The notes beneath the pieces were generated by a model that saw only the letters and a program-made list of their open reading frames with translations, did no database searches and had not been told where the DNA came from. Source: an uncultured Planctomycetales bacterium (lineage in GTDB: Bacteria; Planctomycetota; Phycisphaerae; UBA1845; PWPN01). From it: a DNA stretch of 64,000 bases. Made by a program: the position numbers and the translations under genes. Shown here in pieces: positions 19,317 through 30,000 of this stretch (position 1 is its first letter; every line of letters starts with the position of its first letter). The stretch covers positions 15,253 to 79,252 of the forward strand of contig CAZZFA010000008.1 of assembly GCA_964653435.1 (NCBI GenBank). The letters are read 5' to 3'.

Positions 19317-20291
19317 ATGACGCGCGTACGCCTTGCCATCCTGGCCTCATCCATCCTCTTGTTGACCGCCGTGCACTTCACGGTGGGCACCTACAGCCAC
19401 CCGCTTCACGTCATCCACGTGGTCTTCGGCGGCTTGTATCTTGTGCCCATCATCGCCGCTGCAATCTGGTTCGGTCTCAGGGGCGGCATCGCGACGTCAA
19501 TAATCGTCGCGGTCGTCTACTTTTTGCACATGCGTGTGTCCTGGCCAAACCGACCGATGGAGAACATCAACCAGTTGGTAATGATAGGCGTCTACTTGCT
19601 CGTTGGGAGCGTTTCCGGCGCGTTGGTCAATCTTCAGAATCTCGAAAGACGCCGCCGCGTGGAGAGCGAGCAGCGTGGCCAACGCGAAATCATTATCCAG
19701 GGGTTCTCAGGGCTGTGCAACGCGCTGGAGTTCCGAGATGAGTACACCCGTCAGCATAGTGAGCAGGTGTCACGGCTTGCCGTGGGAATAGGTACCCGGC
19801 AGGGGTTACCCGCGGACAGGCTGGATCTGCTTCGCCTGGCAGCTATCGTTCACGACATCGGAAAGATCGGCATTCGCGACGATATCCTGTACAAGCCAGA
19901 TCAACTCACCCCCGAGGAGCGAAATCGCATGGAACAGCACTCGGTGATTGCGGCTGCCATTCTGCGTCCGATCCAAGGTGCCGAGGAGATTGCGGACATC
20001 GTCTCAGCCCATCACGAATGCCCGGACGGTTCCGGCTACCCCAGGGGTCTTACTGCCGAACAGATCCCACCGGAGGCCCTCATCCTCAGCGTCGCGGATG
20101 TGTACTCGGCGCTGACGGAGCACCGCCCATACAAGCCTGCGATGGCAGGAGGAAGGGCACTGGAAATCATCAAAACGATGGCGGGCACGAAGCTTGATAG
20201 AACGGCTGTGTATACGTTATCGCAATGGCTCGCGGAAGGTTGCGACGAAGAAGGCCATACACAGCCGACTTGCGTGGGAATCCGTGCATGA
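19317..20291 (+). CDS. Membrane-anchored HD-GYP domain protein (c-di-GMP phosphodiesterase family)
   Basis: Four hydrophobic N-terminal segments, then HDIGKIGI and HHECPDGSGYPRGL. Confidence 0.85.
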   Translation: MTRVRLAILASSILLLTAVHFTVGTYSHPLHVIHVVFGGLYLVPIIAAAIWFGLRGGIATSIIVAVVYFLHMRVSWPNRPMENINQLVMIGVYLLVGSVSGALVNLQNLERRRRVESEQRGQREIIIQGFSGLCNALEFRDEYTRQHSEQVSRLAVGIGTRQGLPADRLDLLRLAAIVHDIGKIGIRDDILYKPDQLTPEERNRMEQHSVIAAAILRPIQGAEEIADIVSAHHECPDGSGYPRGLTAEQIPPEALILSVADVYSALTEHRPYKPAMAGGRALEIIKTMAGTKLDRTAVYTLSQWLAEGCDEEGHTQPTCVGIRA

Positions 20292-20402
20292 CGCCGAGAC
20301 CCAGCCACCGGAGCGACGCAGGCGACTATGCCAGTCGGCGGCAGGGGTTGACGCGCCTCCCTGCAAGGCGGACAATTGCGGTCGAGTGATCAGGAGCAAG
20401 CG

Positions 20403-20780
20403 ATGAGACATCCTGCTGCAACAACCATCTTCTACGCGGTAACGTGCGTGTGGGCCGCTGGTTGCACCACCTCTCACACGATGGGAACTCATCAACGCGT
20501 GGATCAGCCGGCCGGTCATGTGCTGCAGTGCCGGAAATGTTATGACCAGGTCGTCGAGACAGTAAGGAAGGTTCACCGATTCAAGGGGCGAACGCGAGCC
20601 GTCGTTAAGAAGCACATGTGTCCAGACTGCAACACCGAGGCCGTGATCTACGGGGAAAACGATACACTGATGTTCCAGTGTGCTCGGTGCGTGCCTGAGG
20701 GCGTGCCGTGCGACCTGTGCCGACCGCCCGCAACGACGTCACAACCTGGCGTATCGTCCCCACGCCCACAGTCGAAGTAA
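20403..20780 (+). CDS. Cys-rich lipoprotein with four CxxC pairs, family B copy 2
   Basis: AGGAG RBS. Signal ...AVTCVWAAGC. Then CRKCYDQV...VKKHMCPDCNTEAVIY...MFQCARCVPEGVPCDLCRPP, colinear with 14602..14946. Confidence 0.7.
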   Translation: MRHPAATTIFYAVTCVWAAGCTTSHTMGTHQRVDQPAGHVLQCRKCYDQVVETVRKVHRFKGRTRAVVKKHMCPDCNTEAVIYGENDTLMFQCARCVPEGVPCDLCRPPATTSQPGVSSPRPQSK

Positions 20781-21007
20781 GCACTCGGACTGCTCGCAAT
20801 CCTCTCCTTCTCGTAACCGCGCCTCCGGGTGGAACCTCTTCGGCATCCGGGCTTGCCTCATGATTCGGCTCTGGCCAGGCCACGCCCTGGCTCAGGAACC
20901 TCCGCTTGTTTTCGGACGTCGGTCGATCACGCCGCGCGTTTTGAGGGAATACTCTGCCGCCGACGGGCATCGAATAAGAAGGAAGACGCTATTGAAGAGG
21001 TGTTCTT

Positions 21008-21799
21008 ATGATGATGCCGCTCATCCTGATGCTGACCACCACGATTCCTAACGCCGCCCCTCCCGCCTCCGCTCCGGCAATCAACGAATGGTGTCCCGTT
21101 CTGACAGGCGAGAAAGCGGATCCCCAAATCACAACGACGTATCGTGGCCGGACGGTCGCGTTCTGCTGCGATCGATGCCTCGCGAAGTTCAAGGCCAGCC
21201 CTGAGGAATATCTGCACAGGCTGCCCCAGTTCTCAGCCGGCGCAGCGACCACCCAGCCGGGGGTGGTGTCATCCCATGATCATGCCGCAGCCGCAAACGT
21301 CTCGCCCGTATCGGCAACCGAGGAGCACCATGGCGGTGCTTCCCATCAGCACGGCGCGGGCGAAGAACGGAAGCCTTTCTTGGGCAGGCTTCATCCGGCC
21401 ATCGTGCATTTCCCCATCGCGGGAATCATTCTGGCTTTCCTCAGCTTTGCGGTGTGGATCGTGACGGGACGGGACGCTTTCGCCCGAGCAGACGCGGTGC
21501 CGCTACTGGTCGGCACGCTGGCGGCCGTGGCGGCGGTGATTACTGGCAACATCGCTCACAATTCGATGCGATTCAGCACATCCCTGCACGCGATCCTGGA
21601 ACGCCACCAGACGGCTGGGACCGCGGTCATGATTCTCGCCTTGTGCCTGTCCGGCCTGCGGATATGGCGATGGAACCATATGATCGGGCCATGGCGTTGG
21701 CTTTATGGGGTCGGCCTGTTTGCGGCCGTCATTCTTGTAGGCGTAACGGGCTTCCTTGGCGGCAGCGTGGTGTTCGGGCCGGACCACCTCAAGTGGTGA
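21008..21799 (+). CDS. TRASH/YHS-type metal-binding domain fused to DUF2231-like membrane domain
   Basis: CPVLTGEKADPQITTTYRGRTVAFCCDRCLAKFKASPEEYL fits C-x~20-CC-x2-C. His-rich linker HHGGASHQHG. Then HPAIVHFPIAG and four TM segments. Confidence 0.75.
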   Translation: MMMPLILMLTTTIPNAAPPASAPAINEWCPVLTGEKADPQITTTYRGRTVAFCCDRCLAKFKASPEEYLHRLPQFSAGAATTQPGVVSSHDHAAAANVSPVSATEEHHGGASHQHGAGEERKPFLGRLHPAIVHFPIAGIILAFLSFAVWIVTGRDAFARADAVPLLVGTLAAVAAVITGNIAHNSMRFSTSLHAILERHQTAGTAVMILALCLSGLRIWRWNHMIGPWRWLYGVGLFAAVILVGVTGFLGGSVVFGPDHLKW

Positions 21800-21946
21800 C
21801 TCCCCTGGCCAGGACACTACCGGCAACGGCTTTCCCCGCTTGACTTCCCGACATGGGAAGAATCGTCCGACTCACGGCATCAAACAGGTATTAGACATCC
21901 GGACGTATCCGGTGTCGTGGTATCGCTTAAGCGAAAGGATGTTGCC

Positions 21947-22894
21947 ATGAGGAATCTCTGGTTTGCGATGGCGTCTGTGTTGATCGGGGCTGCTCTGTCG
22001 TTTGCGGCCGAACACGATCAGCACGATCACTCGGCGGTGAGCGGAGCACCCAAAGCGGCGGTTGCCCCCGCGCTCGCCCCAAGAACCTGTCCGGTTACAG
22101 GCGAGCCGATCCAACAGGATGTGTATACAGATTACGACGGATCACGAGTCTACTTCTGCTGCTCAGCGTGTATCGCGAAGTTCAAGGCAAGCCCTATGAA
22201 GTACCTGCCAGCTGTCTACCAGCAGGCGTATCCGCAGACAGTCCAGGTTACGTGCCCAGTGATGGGCGATTCCGTTGATGGCAAGACGTTCGTTGATTTC
22301 AAAGGGCAACGCGTTGGGTTCTGCTGCAACGATTGCCCGAACAAGTTCAACGCCGACCCGACCAAGTACATGGAGAAACTGAAGAAGGCTTCGACCGACC
22401 AGGTGCACGACCCGGTTACGGGTAAGGGCATCGACCTGAGGTTCAACGTCGAGCACGAAGGCAAGATCGTCTTCTTTAGCAGTGAGGATGCCCTTGCCAA
22501 GTTCAAGGCCGATCCTGGCACGTACACCGCTGCGCTGCGGACCGAAGCGGGGGTAGTAGCCCGTGGACCAACCGCGAACGACGATCTGTTCCTAGCCCTC
22601 TCTCCCGCGGGGGAAGCGAGCGTATACAAGCGCAAGGACTTGAAAGCGGTAGCTTACGAAGGCAAGACCTTCCTCCTGCGCGGTGACGACGGCGTGAAGA
22701 GCTTCCAGGCAAATCCAGCCAAGTACGCCAAGGCTCTTGACGCGGAGATGCAGAAACGCGCGAAATCACAAAGCGGCCCCATGCCTGGAATGGGCGACGA
22801 TACCATGCATGGCGGCAACATGAATCATGCGGGGATGAACCACGGCGGCATGAAACATGGATCGCAGAATGACGGTCATGCCGGCCACCACTGA
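21947..22894 (+). CDS. Secreted protein with four tandem TRASH/YHS-like modules and a Met/His-rich tail
   Basis: Signal MRNLWFAMASVLIGAALSFAAEHDQHDH. Modules 1-2 keep CPV...FCCxxC. Modules 3-4 keep the KF-x-A-[DN]P-x-Y scaffold but have lost the Cys residues. Tail is MPGMGDDTMHGGNMNHAGMNHGGMKHGSQNDGHAGHH. Confidence 0.75.
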   Translation: MRNLWFAMASVLIGAALSFAAEHDQHDHSAVSGAPKAAVAPALAPRTCPVTGEPIQQDVYTDYDGSRVYFCCSACIAKFKASPMKYLPAVYQQAYPQTVQVTCPVMGDSVDGKTFVDFKGQRVGFCCNDCPNKFNADPTKYMEKLKKASTDQVHDPVTGKGIDLRFNVEHEGKIVFFSSEDALAKFKADPGTYTAALRTEAGVVARGPTANDDLFLALSPAGEASVYKRKDLKAVAYEGKTFLLRGDDGVKSFQANPAKYAKALDAEMQKRAKSQSGPMPGMGDDTMHGGNMNHAGMNHGGMKHGSQNDGHAGHH

Positions 22895-23252
22895 TGCTGC
22901 TCCCCATTTGTGGACAGATGACGCGATTTCGCCTCCGGGATGCTGGCCGCGATCGAGGTGAGCGAAACGGTGTCGGGCAGCGGTCGTACGGAACAAGTCG
23001 CCTGATGATGATGGATAGGACTACGGGACGACGGGCGGCCAGGGTTACCGCTGCCATTGACGCGAGAGGACAGTTTGCCGGCAACGCCAACCCCGGGGCG
23101 AATCCCCCGAGCGTCTGCAACTCCTTTTATTGCAGATGGTTATTGGCATTGCCGATAATCATTGTGAGGTCAGACGCCCCGTCCTTACATGCTTTCTCCC
23201 TGGCGCGGCAATCCCGGCTGTCCTTAGGCCAGCCGACGAGGAGACACTTCTG

Positions 23253-24938
23253 ATGAGTGGAAGACTCTTGTTTGTGGCGAGCTTGGTGATTGTCATGACG
23301 ACCAGTTGTGCAAGCCTTAAACCGGACGCCAAAGTGAACGAAGCCATCGACCTCGTGGAGAAGCACACAGGTCAGCGACCGGAGTGGATAACACCGTGGG
23401 ATGAGCAACCACCGCTGTGGAATGGCAAAGCCGTCCTGACCCTTGAGCAAGCCTTGGGACTTGCTTTGCGCAATAATCGCGAGCTTCGGGCCGACGTCGA
23501 GATGATCGGCCAAGCCAACGCCGACCTCGTCCAGGCCGGGCTCCTGCAAAACCCGACGTTCGACTTCATGCTCATGTTTCCCAGCGGCGGCGGCAGGACC
23601 ATGCTTCGGAGCAACGCGCTACCCATGATGCCCTTGCAGGACTTGTGGTTGATTCCGGCCCGACAGGAGGTGGCCCGCGCCCAGTTGCAGCAGGCTGTCC
23701 TGCGGGTTGCTGATCGAGCGATCGAGACTGCGGAAGCCGTGAAGAAGGTTTACGCCCGCCTGCAGTACACACAACGTGCCATCGATCTGATCAAGGACAA
23801 CATGCAAGTCGTGAACCAGTCCACCCAGATCATCAAGGTTCGGCAGGCGTCCGGCAAGGCTACGCAGGTGGAGGTCAACCTGTCGCAGATTCGCTACCTC
23901 AAGCTCCGGTCGGAAATCGTTGCGATGGAGGCCGAGCATCGCGGTGCCCAGCGCGAGATGTTGATGCTGATGGGGGTGGCGGGCGCGACGGACGAATGGA
24001 GCGTCCACCCGGTCCACGAAGTCAAGGAGCCGTTGACCGCTCCGGCTGACGAAACAGCGATGCTTGCGGTGGCGTCCGAACGGCGGCTGGATCTGAAGGC
24101 CGCGGAATGGAATGCGACAGCGGCCGAACGACGGATCACCTTGATGGCCAGGGAGGGGTGGCCGGATCTGGCGATGGGATTGACATTCGAGCGCTCGCCG
24201 GCCCCGCCGTCGCAGAACCAGCGTTTTGCCGGAAAAGTTGGCAATGCCGCGGCCCAGGGTGTCGTGGATGGAATCACGGGGATGTCGTCACCGGGGCCGA
24301 TGGTTGCACCATTCAGCCCCAAGATGCGCGAGGTCAAATACACCCTCGGGCCGATGATCCAGATGGAGATCCCTATCTTCGACTACAACCAGGCCCAGGT
24401 CGCCAAGGCGTTGCACGAGCATCGTCAACGCATCGCGGAATACGAAGCCCGTCTCCAGGAAATCACTCGCATGGTGCGCGAAACACGGGTGATGCTCCAA
24501 CAAACGTACGACCAGGTCACGTTCTACCGCCGGGAAATCCTCCCCGCAGTCGAACGCAACCTGACCGTCGCCCGACAGGCATACGTGGCCGGGCAGGAGG
24601 ACCTGACCGTCTACCTGCAGGTCCAGGAGGATGTCCTGATGACGAAGCTGAAAACGCTGGAGTACTACCGCGATTGGCTGGTGCGGAGGGCTGAGCTTGA
24701 AAGACAGGTTGGAGGACGGCTTGAGGTTGCGGCCCCAGACACTCAGCCGGCGGCGTCCGAGCTGCGGCCCGACGGACCGGCCGCGAAGCAGCCGGCCCAT
24801 GCATACTACGTCTGCCCGATGCATCCGGACGTACGACAGGACGCTCCGGGGAAATGTCCGAAGTGTGGCATGAATCTCGTCCTGGAGAAACCGACCGAGC
24901 CGTCGTCAACACAGCCGGCGGCATCGAAGACATCCTGA
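23253..24938 (+). CDS. cusC: RND outer-membrane factor (CusC-like lipoprotein) with C-terminal heavy-metal-binding domain
   Basis: Start at ATG 23253 gives MSGRLLFVASLVIVMTTSC. TolC/OEP body. The last ~60 aa contain YYVCPMHPDVRQDAPGKCPKCGMNLV (HMBD-type CPMH...CPxCGM motif). Confidence 0.85.
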   Translation: MSGRLLFVASLVIVMTTSCASLKPDAKVNEAIDLVEKHTGQRPEWITPWDEQPPLWNGKAVLTLEQALGLALRNNRELRADVEMIGQANADLVQAGLLQNPTFDFMLMFPSGGGRTMLRSNALPMMPLQDLWLIPARQEVARAQLQQAVLRVADRAIETAEAVKKVYARLQYTQRAIDLIKDNMQVVNQSTQIIKVRQASGKATQVEVNLSQIRYLKLRSEIVAMEAEHRGAQREMLMLMGVAGATDEWSVHPVHEVKEPLTAPADETAMLAVASERRLDLKAAEWNATAAERRITLMAREGWPDLAMGLTFERSPAPPSQNQRFAGKVGNAAAQGVVDGITGMSSPGPMVAPFSPKMREVKYTLGPMIQMEIPIFDYNQAQVAKALHEHRQRIAEYEARLQEITRMVRETRVMLQQTYDQVTFYRREILPAVERNLTVARQAYVAGQEDLTVYLQVQEDVLMTKLKTLEYYRDWLVRRAELERQVGGRLEVAAPDTQPAASELRPDGPAAKQPAHAYYVCPMHPDVRQDAPGKCPKCGMNLVLEKPTEPSSTQPAASKTS

Positions 24939-24968
24939 GCTCGTTGCGAACGATGACGGAGGTTTATC

Positions 24969-26978
24969 ATGGCTGATCAATCGGAACACATCCAAACTGG
25001 CCCCCCACATTCCACAGGCAGAAGAATCTGGACGTTTGTGCGGATCATGAATGTCCGGTTGCGATTCATCTTCCTGATGGTGCTTGTGGGCCTGATCGTG
25101 GGCTATTGGGAAAACATCAGCAACTACTATGACCGCTGGACGCGCCCAGCGCAGGCCTCGGAGATGGTGCAATCCCAGGAGACGGAATACTACTGTGCGA
25201 TGCACCCGAACATCGTGCGCGCCGAGCCCGGCAAGTGCCCCATCTGCGGTATGCCGCTGGTCAAGCGGGCGAAAACGGCCCGGCAGGCCTTGCCCGAGGG
25301 GGTGCTTTCCCAAGTCCAGATGACGCCGATGAAACTGCATATGGGGCGCATCGCGACGACGCCCGTAGCGTATCAGTTGCTGAGCCAGGAAGTCCGCACC
25401 GTGGGCATCGTAGACTACGACGAGACCCGCCGTGCATTTATCGCGGCTCGCATCAAAGGTCGCATTGACAAGCTCTTCGTCAACTACACAGGCGAGATGG
25501 TGAAGAAGGGCGACCCGTTGGTCTCGATCTACAGTCCGGACCTCCTGGTGGCGCAGGAGGAACTCCTGACGTCCGTGCGCAGCCTGAAGGAGCAGAAGGA
25601 TGTCGGCGAAGCCGCGCGGGATGCGGCCCAAACGCTCGTCGCCGCCTCCCGCAAGAAACTCCTTCTGTGGGGCCTGACTGAGGAGCAGGTAAATCAGATC
25701 GTGGAACGCGGCCAGCCCGAGACCCATGTCACCGTCTTCTCGCCGATGGCCGGAATCGTCACAGAGAAGAAGGTGCTGGCGGGACACTATGTCGATGAAG
25801 GCGCCGACCTCTATACCGTTGCGGACCTGAGCCGGGTGTGGATGCAGGTCAAGGTCTTTGAGGATCAGATCGAGGGGGTGAAAATCGGCACGGCGGTAGA
25901 GGTGACGAGCACGGCCTATTCCAGGGACGTATTCGCCGGCAAGATCACGTTTATCGCCTACACCGTAGACTCGGCAACGAGAACCGTGTCGGCTCGCATC
26001 GAGATCGACAACCCTGATCTCAAACTGAAGCCCGGCATGTACGCGCGGGCCGTGATACGCACCCCGGTCGGGACGGTGATCGAAGTCGCGGCTACTCAAT
26101 CCATGCCGGTGGAACATGCCGAACACGCTGGGCATACGACCGCCTCCGCTCCCGGCAAGCATGCGGCTGCCGATACCGCTGGTGTCGCCCGGTCCTACCT
26201 CGCCTTGGTGACGGCGTATGCGCAAGACAAGACCGACGATACGGCCGCCAGCGACCTCGAAAAGGGTGCAAGAATGCTGGCTGAACACAGCGATGAGCCC
26301 CTCCGCGCTACGGCCATCGGCCTGGCGGAGCAGGCGGCCCAGCTCAAGGGCAAGGATCTTAAGGGTCAGCGCGGAGTCCTCAAGACGCTGAGCGCACGGG
26401 TCATCGAGTTGATGCGGGCAAGTCCCCCTGCGGAACAGTCGCTGTTCGTCGCGCACTGCCCCATGGCCAAGGCGGACTGGCTCCAGACCTCGAAGACAAT
26501 CAACAACCCCTACTACGGGCAGGACATGCTCGGTTGCGGGGAGATTACTGGGACACTCGCCGCAGGCGCCGCGGCGGCGGATGAGCGGTTCGCGACTGGG
26601 TACTACTGCCCCGTCTATCCTGATCGCCTTTATGAGAAGGCGGAGATGTGCCCGCTGGAGAAATTCCCGATGAAGTACGCGAAGGTCGAGAAGATTCTGG
26701 CTGTCCCGGCCTCCGCCGTGGTGGACACCGGAACGCGAAAGGTCGTGTACCGGGAGAGTGCGCCAGGAACCTTCGACATGATCGAGGTCCAACTGGGGGC
26801 CAAGGCGGGAGAATACTTCCCCGTCTTGTCTGGCGTGAAGAGTGGCGATCAGGTTGCGACCGCGGGGGCGTTTCTTGTGGATGCTGAGAACCGTCTGAAC
26901 CCGGCCGCGGGTGCCCAGTTCTTCGGGGCGAGCGGCGGTCCCCAGGGAGGCAAGCCAGCGGGCGGGCACCAGCATTGA
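24969..26978 (+). CDS. cusB: RND periplasmic adaptor (CusB-like) with N-terminal HMBD and internal DUF3347-like insert
   Basis: GGAGG RBS. YYCAMHPNIVRAEPGKCPICGMPLV. MFP hairpin/lipoyl/beta-barrel segments. Insert with HCPMAKADWLQTSKTINNPYYGQDMLGCG (DUF3347-like). 669 aa against ~400 for plain CusB. Confidence 0.88.
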   Translation: MADQSEHIQTGPPHSTGRRIWTFVRIMNVRLRFIFLMVLVGLIVGYWENISNYYDRWTRPAQASEMVQSQETEYYCAMHPNIVRAEPGKCPICGMPLVKRAKTARQALPEGVLSQVQMTPMKLHMGRIATTPVAYQLLSQEVRTVGIVDYDETRRAFIAARIKGRIDKLFVNYTGEMVKKGDPLVSIYSPDLLVAQEELLTSVRSLKEQKDVGEAARDAAQTLVAASRKKLLLWGLTEEQVNQIVERGQPETHVTVFSPMAGIVTEKKVLAGHYVDEGADLYTVADLSRVWMQVKVFEDQIEGVKIGTAVEVTSTAYSRDVFAGKITFIAYTVDSATRTVSARIEIDNPDLKLKPGMYARAVIRTPVGTVIEVAATQSMPVEHAEHAGHTTASAPGKHAAADTAGVARSYLALVTAYAQDKTDDTAASDLEKGARMLAEHSDEPLRATAIGLAEQAAQLKGKDLKGQRGVLKTLSARVIELMRASPPAEQSLFVAHCPMAKADWLQTSKTINNPYYGQDMLGCGEITGTLAAGAAAADERFATGYYCPVYPDRLYEKAEMCPLEKFPMKYAKVEKILAVPASAVVDTGTRKVVYRESAPGTFDMIEVQLGAKAGEYFPVLSGVKSGDQVATAGAFLVDAENRLNPAAGAQFFGASGGPQGGKPAGGHQH

Positions 26979-27048
26979 GGGCGAAACGCATGCATACAGC
27001 GAACACCTGGCTGCAACGAGTCCCGTGTTCCACGAGTGAGATCATTCC

Positions 27049-30000
27049 ATGATTCCACACTTGATCGAGTTCTGCGTCCGTAACCGGTACATCGTGCTTC
27101 TGTTGACCGCGGTGGTGGCCGTGTGGGGCGTCTACTGTGTCCTCAAGACGCCGATCGACGCCATCCCCGACCTTTCCGAGAACCAGGTCATCGTGTTTAC
27201 GGACTGGATGGGTCGGTCTCCCAAGGAGATCGACGATCAGATCACCTATCCGTTGTCGGTCAATCTCCAGGGGCTGGCGGGCATCAAGGCCATTCGGTCA
27301 TCGAGCGAGTTCAACTTCTCGATGATCAACATCATTTTCGATGAGAAGGCCGACTTCTACTTCGCGCGTACGCGGGTGCTGGAGCGATTGAACATCGCCA
27401 GCACGTTTCTACCGCCAAGCGTCGTGCCCTATCTTGCCCCCGACGCCACCGCCCTTGGCCAGATCTTCTGGTACACCGTCGAAGGGGAAGGCCACAGCCT
27501 GGATGAACTGAGGGCTATTCAGGACTGGTACGTTCGCTATCAGCTCTACGTGCCGGGCGTGGCCGAGGTAGCCAGCGCCGGCGGATTCGTGCGCGAATAC
27601 CAGATCGACGCGGATCCCGAGAAGCTGCGGGCATACGACATTCCACTCGGACAGGTGTTCAATGCCGTCGCTCGGAGCAACATTGCGGTCGGCGGCAAGG
27701 TATTCTTCGAGAACAAGGCGGAGTATCTCATCCGGGGCGTGGGCTGGCTACGCGGGGTCGGCGATCTTGAGAACGTGGTAGTCGCCGAGCGCAACGGCGT
27801 GCCGATCTATGTCCGCAACCTCGCCACCGTCCAACTGGGGCCCGAGTACCGACGCAGCATGCTGGAGAAGAACAATCGCGAAGCCGTCGGCGGCGTCGTC
27901 ATGATGCGGTACGGCGAGAATCCCTTGACGGTCACGAGAGCCATCAAAGACCGCATCGAACAGCTTCAAGCCGGGTTGCCACAGGGGGTACGCATCGTCC
28001 CGTTCTATGATCGGACACGCCTCATCGAGGGTGCCATTCACACGCTGACGGGAACACTCAAGGAAGAGCTGATCGTTGCCAGCATCGCGATCCTGCTGAT
28101 CCTTACCCACATTCGCAGCGCGATCGTGGTCTGCAGCACGCTTCCGTTGGCCGTCCTCGTCGCATTCATTCTCATGTACTACCTTGGTATCCCCAGCAAC
28201 ATCATGTCGCTCTCTGGGATAGCTATTTCCATCGGCATCCTGGTCGATGCCGCGGTGGTCATGGTCGAAAACGCCACGCATGAACTCACCCGGCATTTCG
28301 GTCACGAGAAGGTCCGCGGCGATACCACGGAGATCGTGGTCCAGGCATGCCGCCTCGTGGGTAAGCCGATCTTCTTCGCCGTGGTGATCATGCTGATCTC
28401 GTTCCTGCCCGTCTTCGCCCTCGGCGGCCAGGAAGGCAAGATGTTTCACCCGTTGGCGTTCACCAAGAGCTTCGCCATGATCGGCGTGGCCCTGCTGGCG
28501 GTGACCTTTGTGCCGGCCATTATCCCGATTCTCATCAAAGGGCGTCTGAAGCACGAAGAGGACAATTGGATCGTCCGAAGCTTCATCAATATCTACAAGC
28601 CGGTGCTGACCTGGCTGATGAACGTACCCGCAGCCGGCCTGTGGTTCATGGGTCTCCTGTTTATCATCGGAGCGGGGTTTGTGGGCAGTCGCACCCTCTT
28701 TGTTGGAGTCCTGGCCATCGCCCTGTTCTTCGGATCCGTGTTCTTTTCCCGGCTATGGAGCAAGGGACTCGCGTTCATGCTTCTGCTGGCAATGGCCTTG
28801 TGGGCCGATCGCTTCCCCAAGCTGGGGCGCGAGTTCATGCCTCCGCTCGATGAAGGCAGCATCCTGGACATGCCGGTGACCGTGCCTCGCGTGTCGATTG
28901 CCGAAGCGAGTGACGACATCCGTGTTCGCGACGAAGTCATGGCCCACTTCCCGGAGGTGGACCAGGTCGTCGGCAAGGTCGGACGCGCAGATACACCGAC
29001 CGATCCCTCCGGAATCGATATGGTTGAGACGATCGTCACCTTGCGCCCCAAAGAATGGTGGCCCAAGCGCAAAGTGCGCTTTGAGGATGCAATGGTCGAA
29101 GCGGGCGAGTTGATACGTCTCCTTCAGGATCGCGGGTATTTGAAGAAGGACATGAAGCCTGACGTGGTGGAGTCCCTGGCCAATAATGCGGCCATGGAAG
29201 CCAGCGTACAATTCGACCGCTCTATGCGCGATTTGGCCTTTCGGCGCCAGGTAGAGTACGAGCCGGTTATCGCCAAGACTCTACTGGCAGCGACGATAAC
29301 CGATCTGCTCGATGTGTTCCGAGACAAGGGTGCTATCAAGAATCAACCGACAGCTACGCAGATCGACCGAATCGCGGACGATCTCGTCAAGTCTCATGGC
29401 TTGTTGCTGGTCGAGGTCCCTCGGCGGGAGGAGTTGGTTGCCCTGGTATCTGCGGTCGCGGATCGCTTGGCAGAACTTGGCGACGTGGTCAAAACGCCAG
29501 ATCTCCTTGTGCTACCCGAGTCGTGGTGGCTTGACGTTAAGGACGCCGTCACGACTGCCGTCGGCGGCGAGAAGACGACACTTGCGAGCCTGCTCTTTGA
29601 CCGGTTCGAGCAGCGACTTCATGACGAGTGGGTCAAACGTGTCAGGATGCTGAACTGGGAACTTGAAGACCACGCCGGCAACGCAATGGTGTGGTCACTG
29701 CTGGACGCTCTGCGGAGCAACGCCGATGCTACAGGTATTCTGCAGAAGAAACCCACCGACGAAGAGCTCCAAGCCGTGCGGGACGAGCGAGGGAAAGCGT
29801 TTACCAAGAGGTTCTTCTTATGGCATAAGCTCAAGCCGGACATCGTCAAGGAGATGGACAGCGAGCTGCAGATGCCGGGTTGGGGCAACATCTGGACGCA
29901 GCCAATCATTAACCGCGTTGACATGCTGGCCACGGGTGTACGGACGATGATCGGCGTGAAGGTCTTTGGCCCGCGGCTTGAGGATCTGACCGAAGAGCGA

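Noticed and set aside
22894-23253. 119-aa ORF between the YHS gene and cusC, considered as a possible CusF/CopZ-like chaperone
   Set aside because: It has no metal-binding motif (no MxCxxC, no Met/Trp CusF-type site), no signal peptide and an Arg-rich composition. The stretch is more likely the cusC upstream regulatory region.
24906-26975. 689-aa minus-strand ORF. The same applies to other long antisense ORFs: 1938..3257(-), 32644..33936(-), 34552..35613(-), 36997..37998(-), 44623..46197(+), 47175..48602(-), 55189..56250(-).
   Set aside because: Each lies fully antisense to an ORF with clear family motifs (CusB, CzcB, radical SAM, BNR, Orc1/Cdc6, and so on). Their products are Arg/Gly/Pro/His-rich low-complexity strings typical of shadow ORFs in GC-rich DNA.
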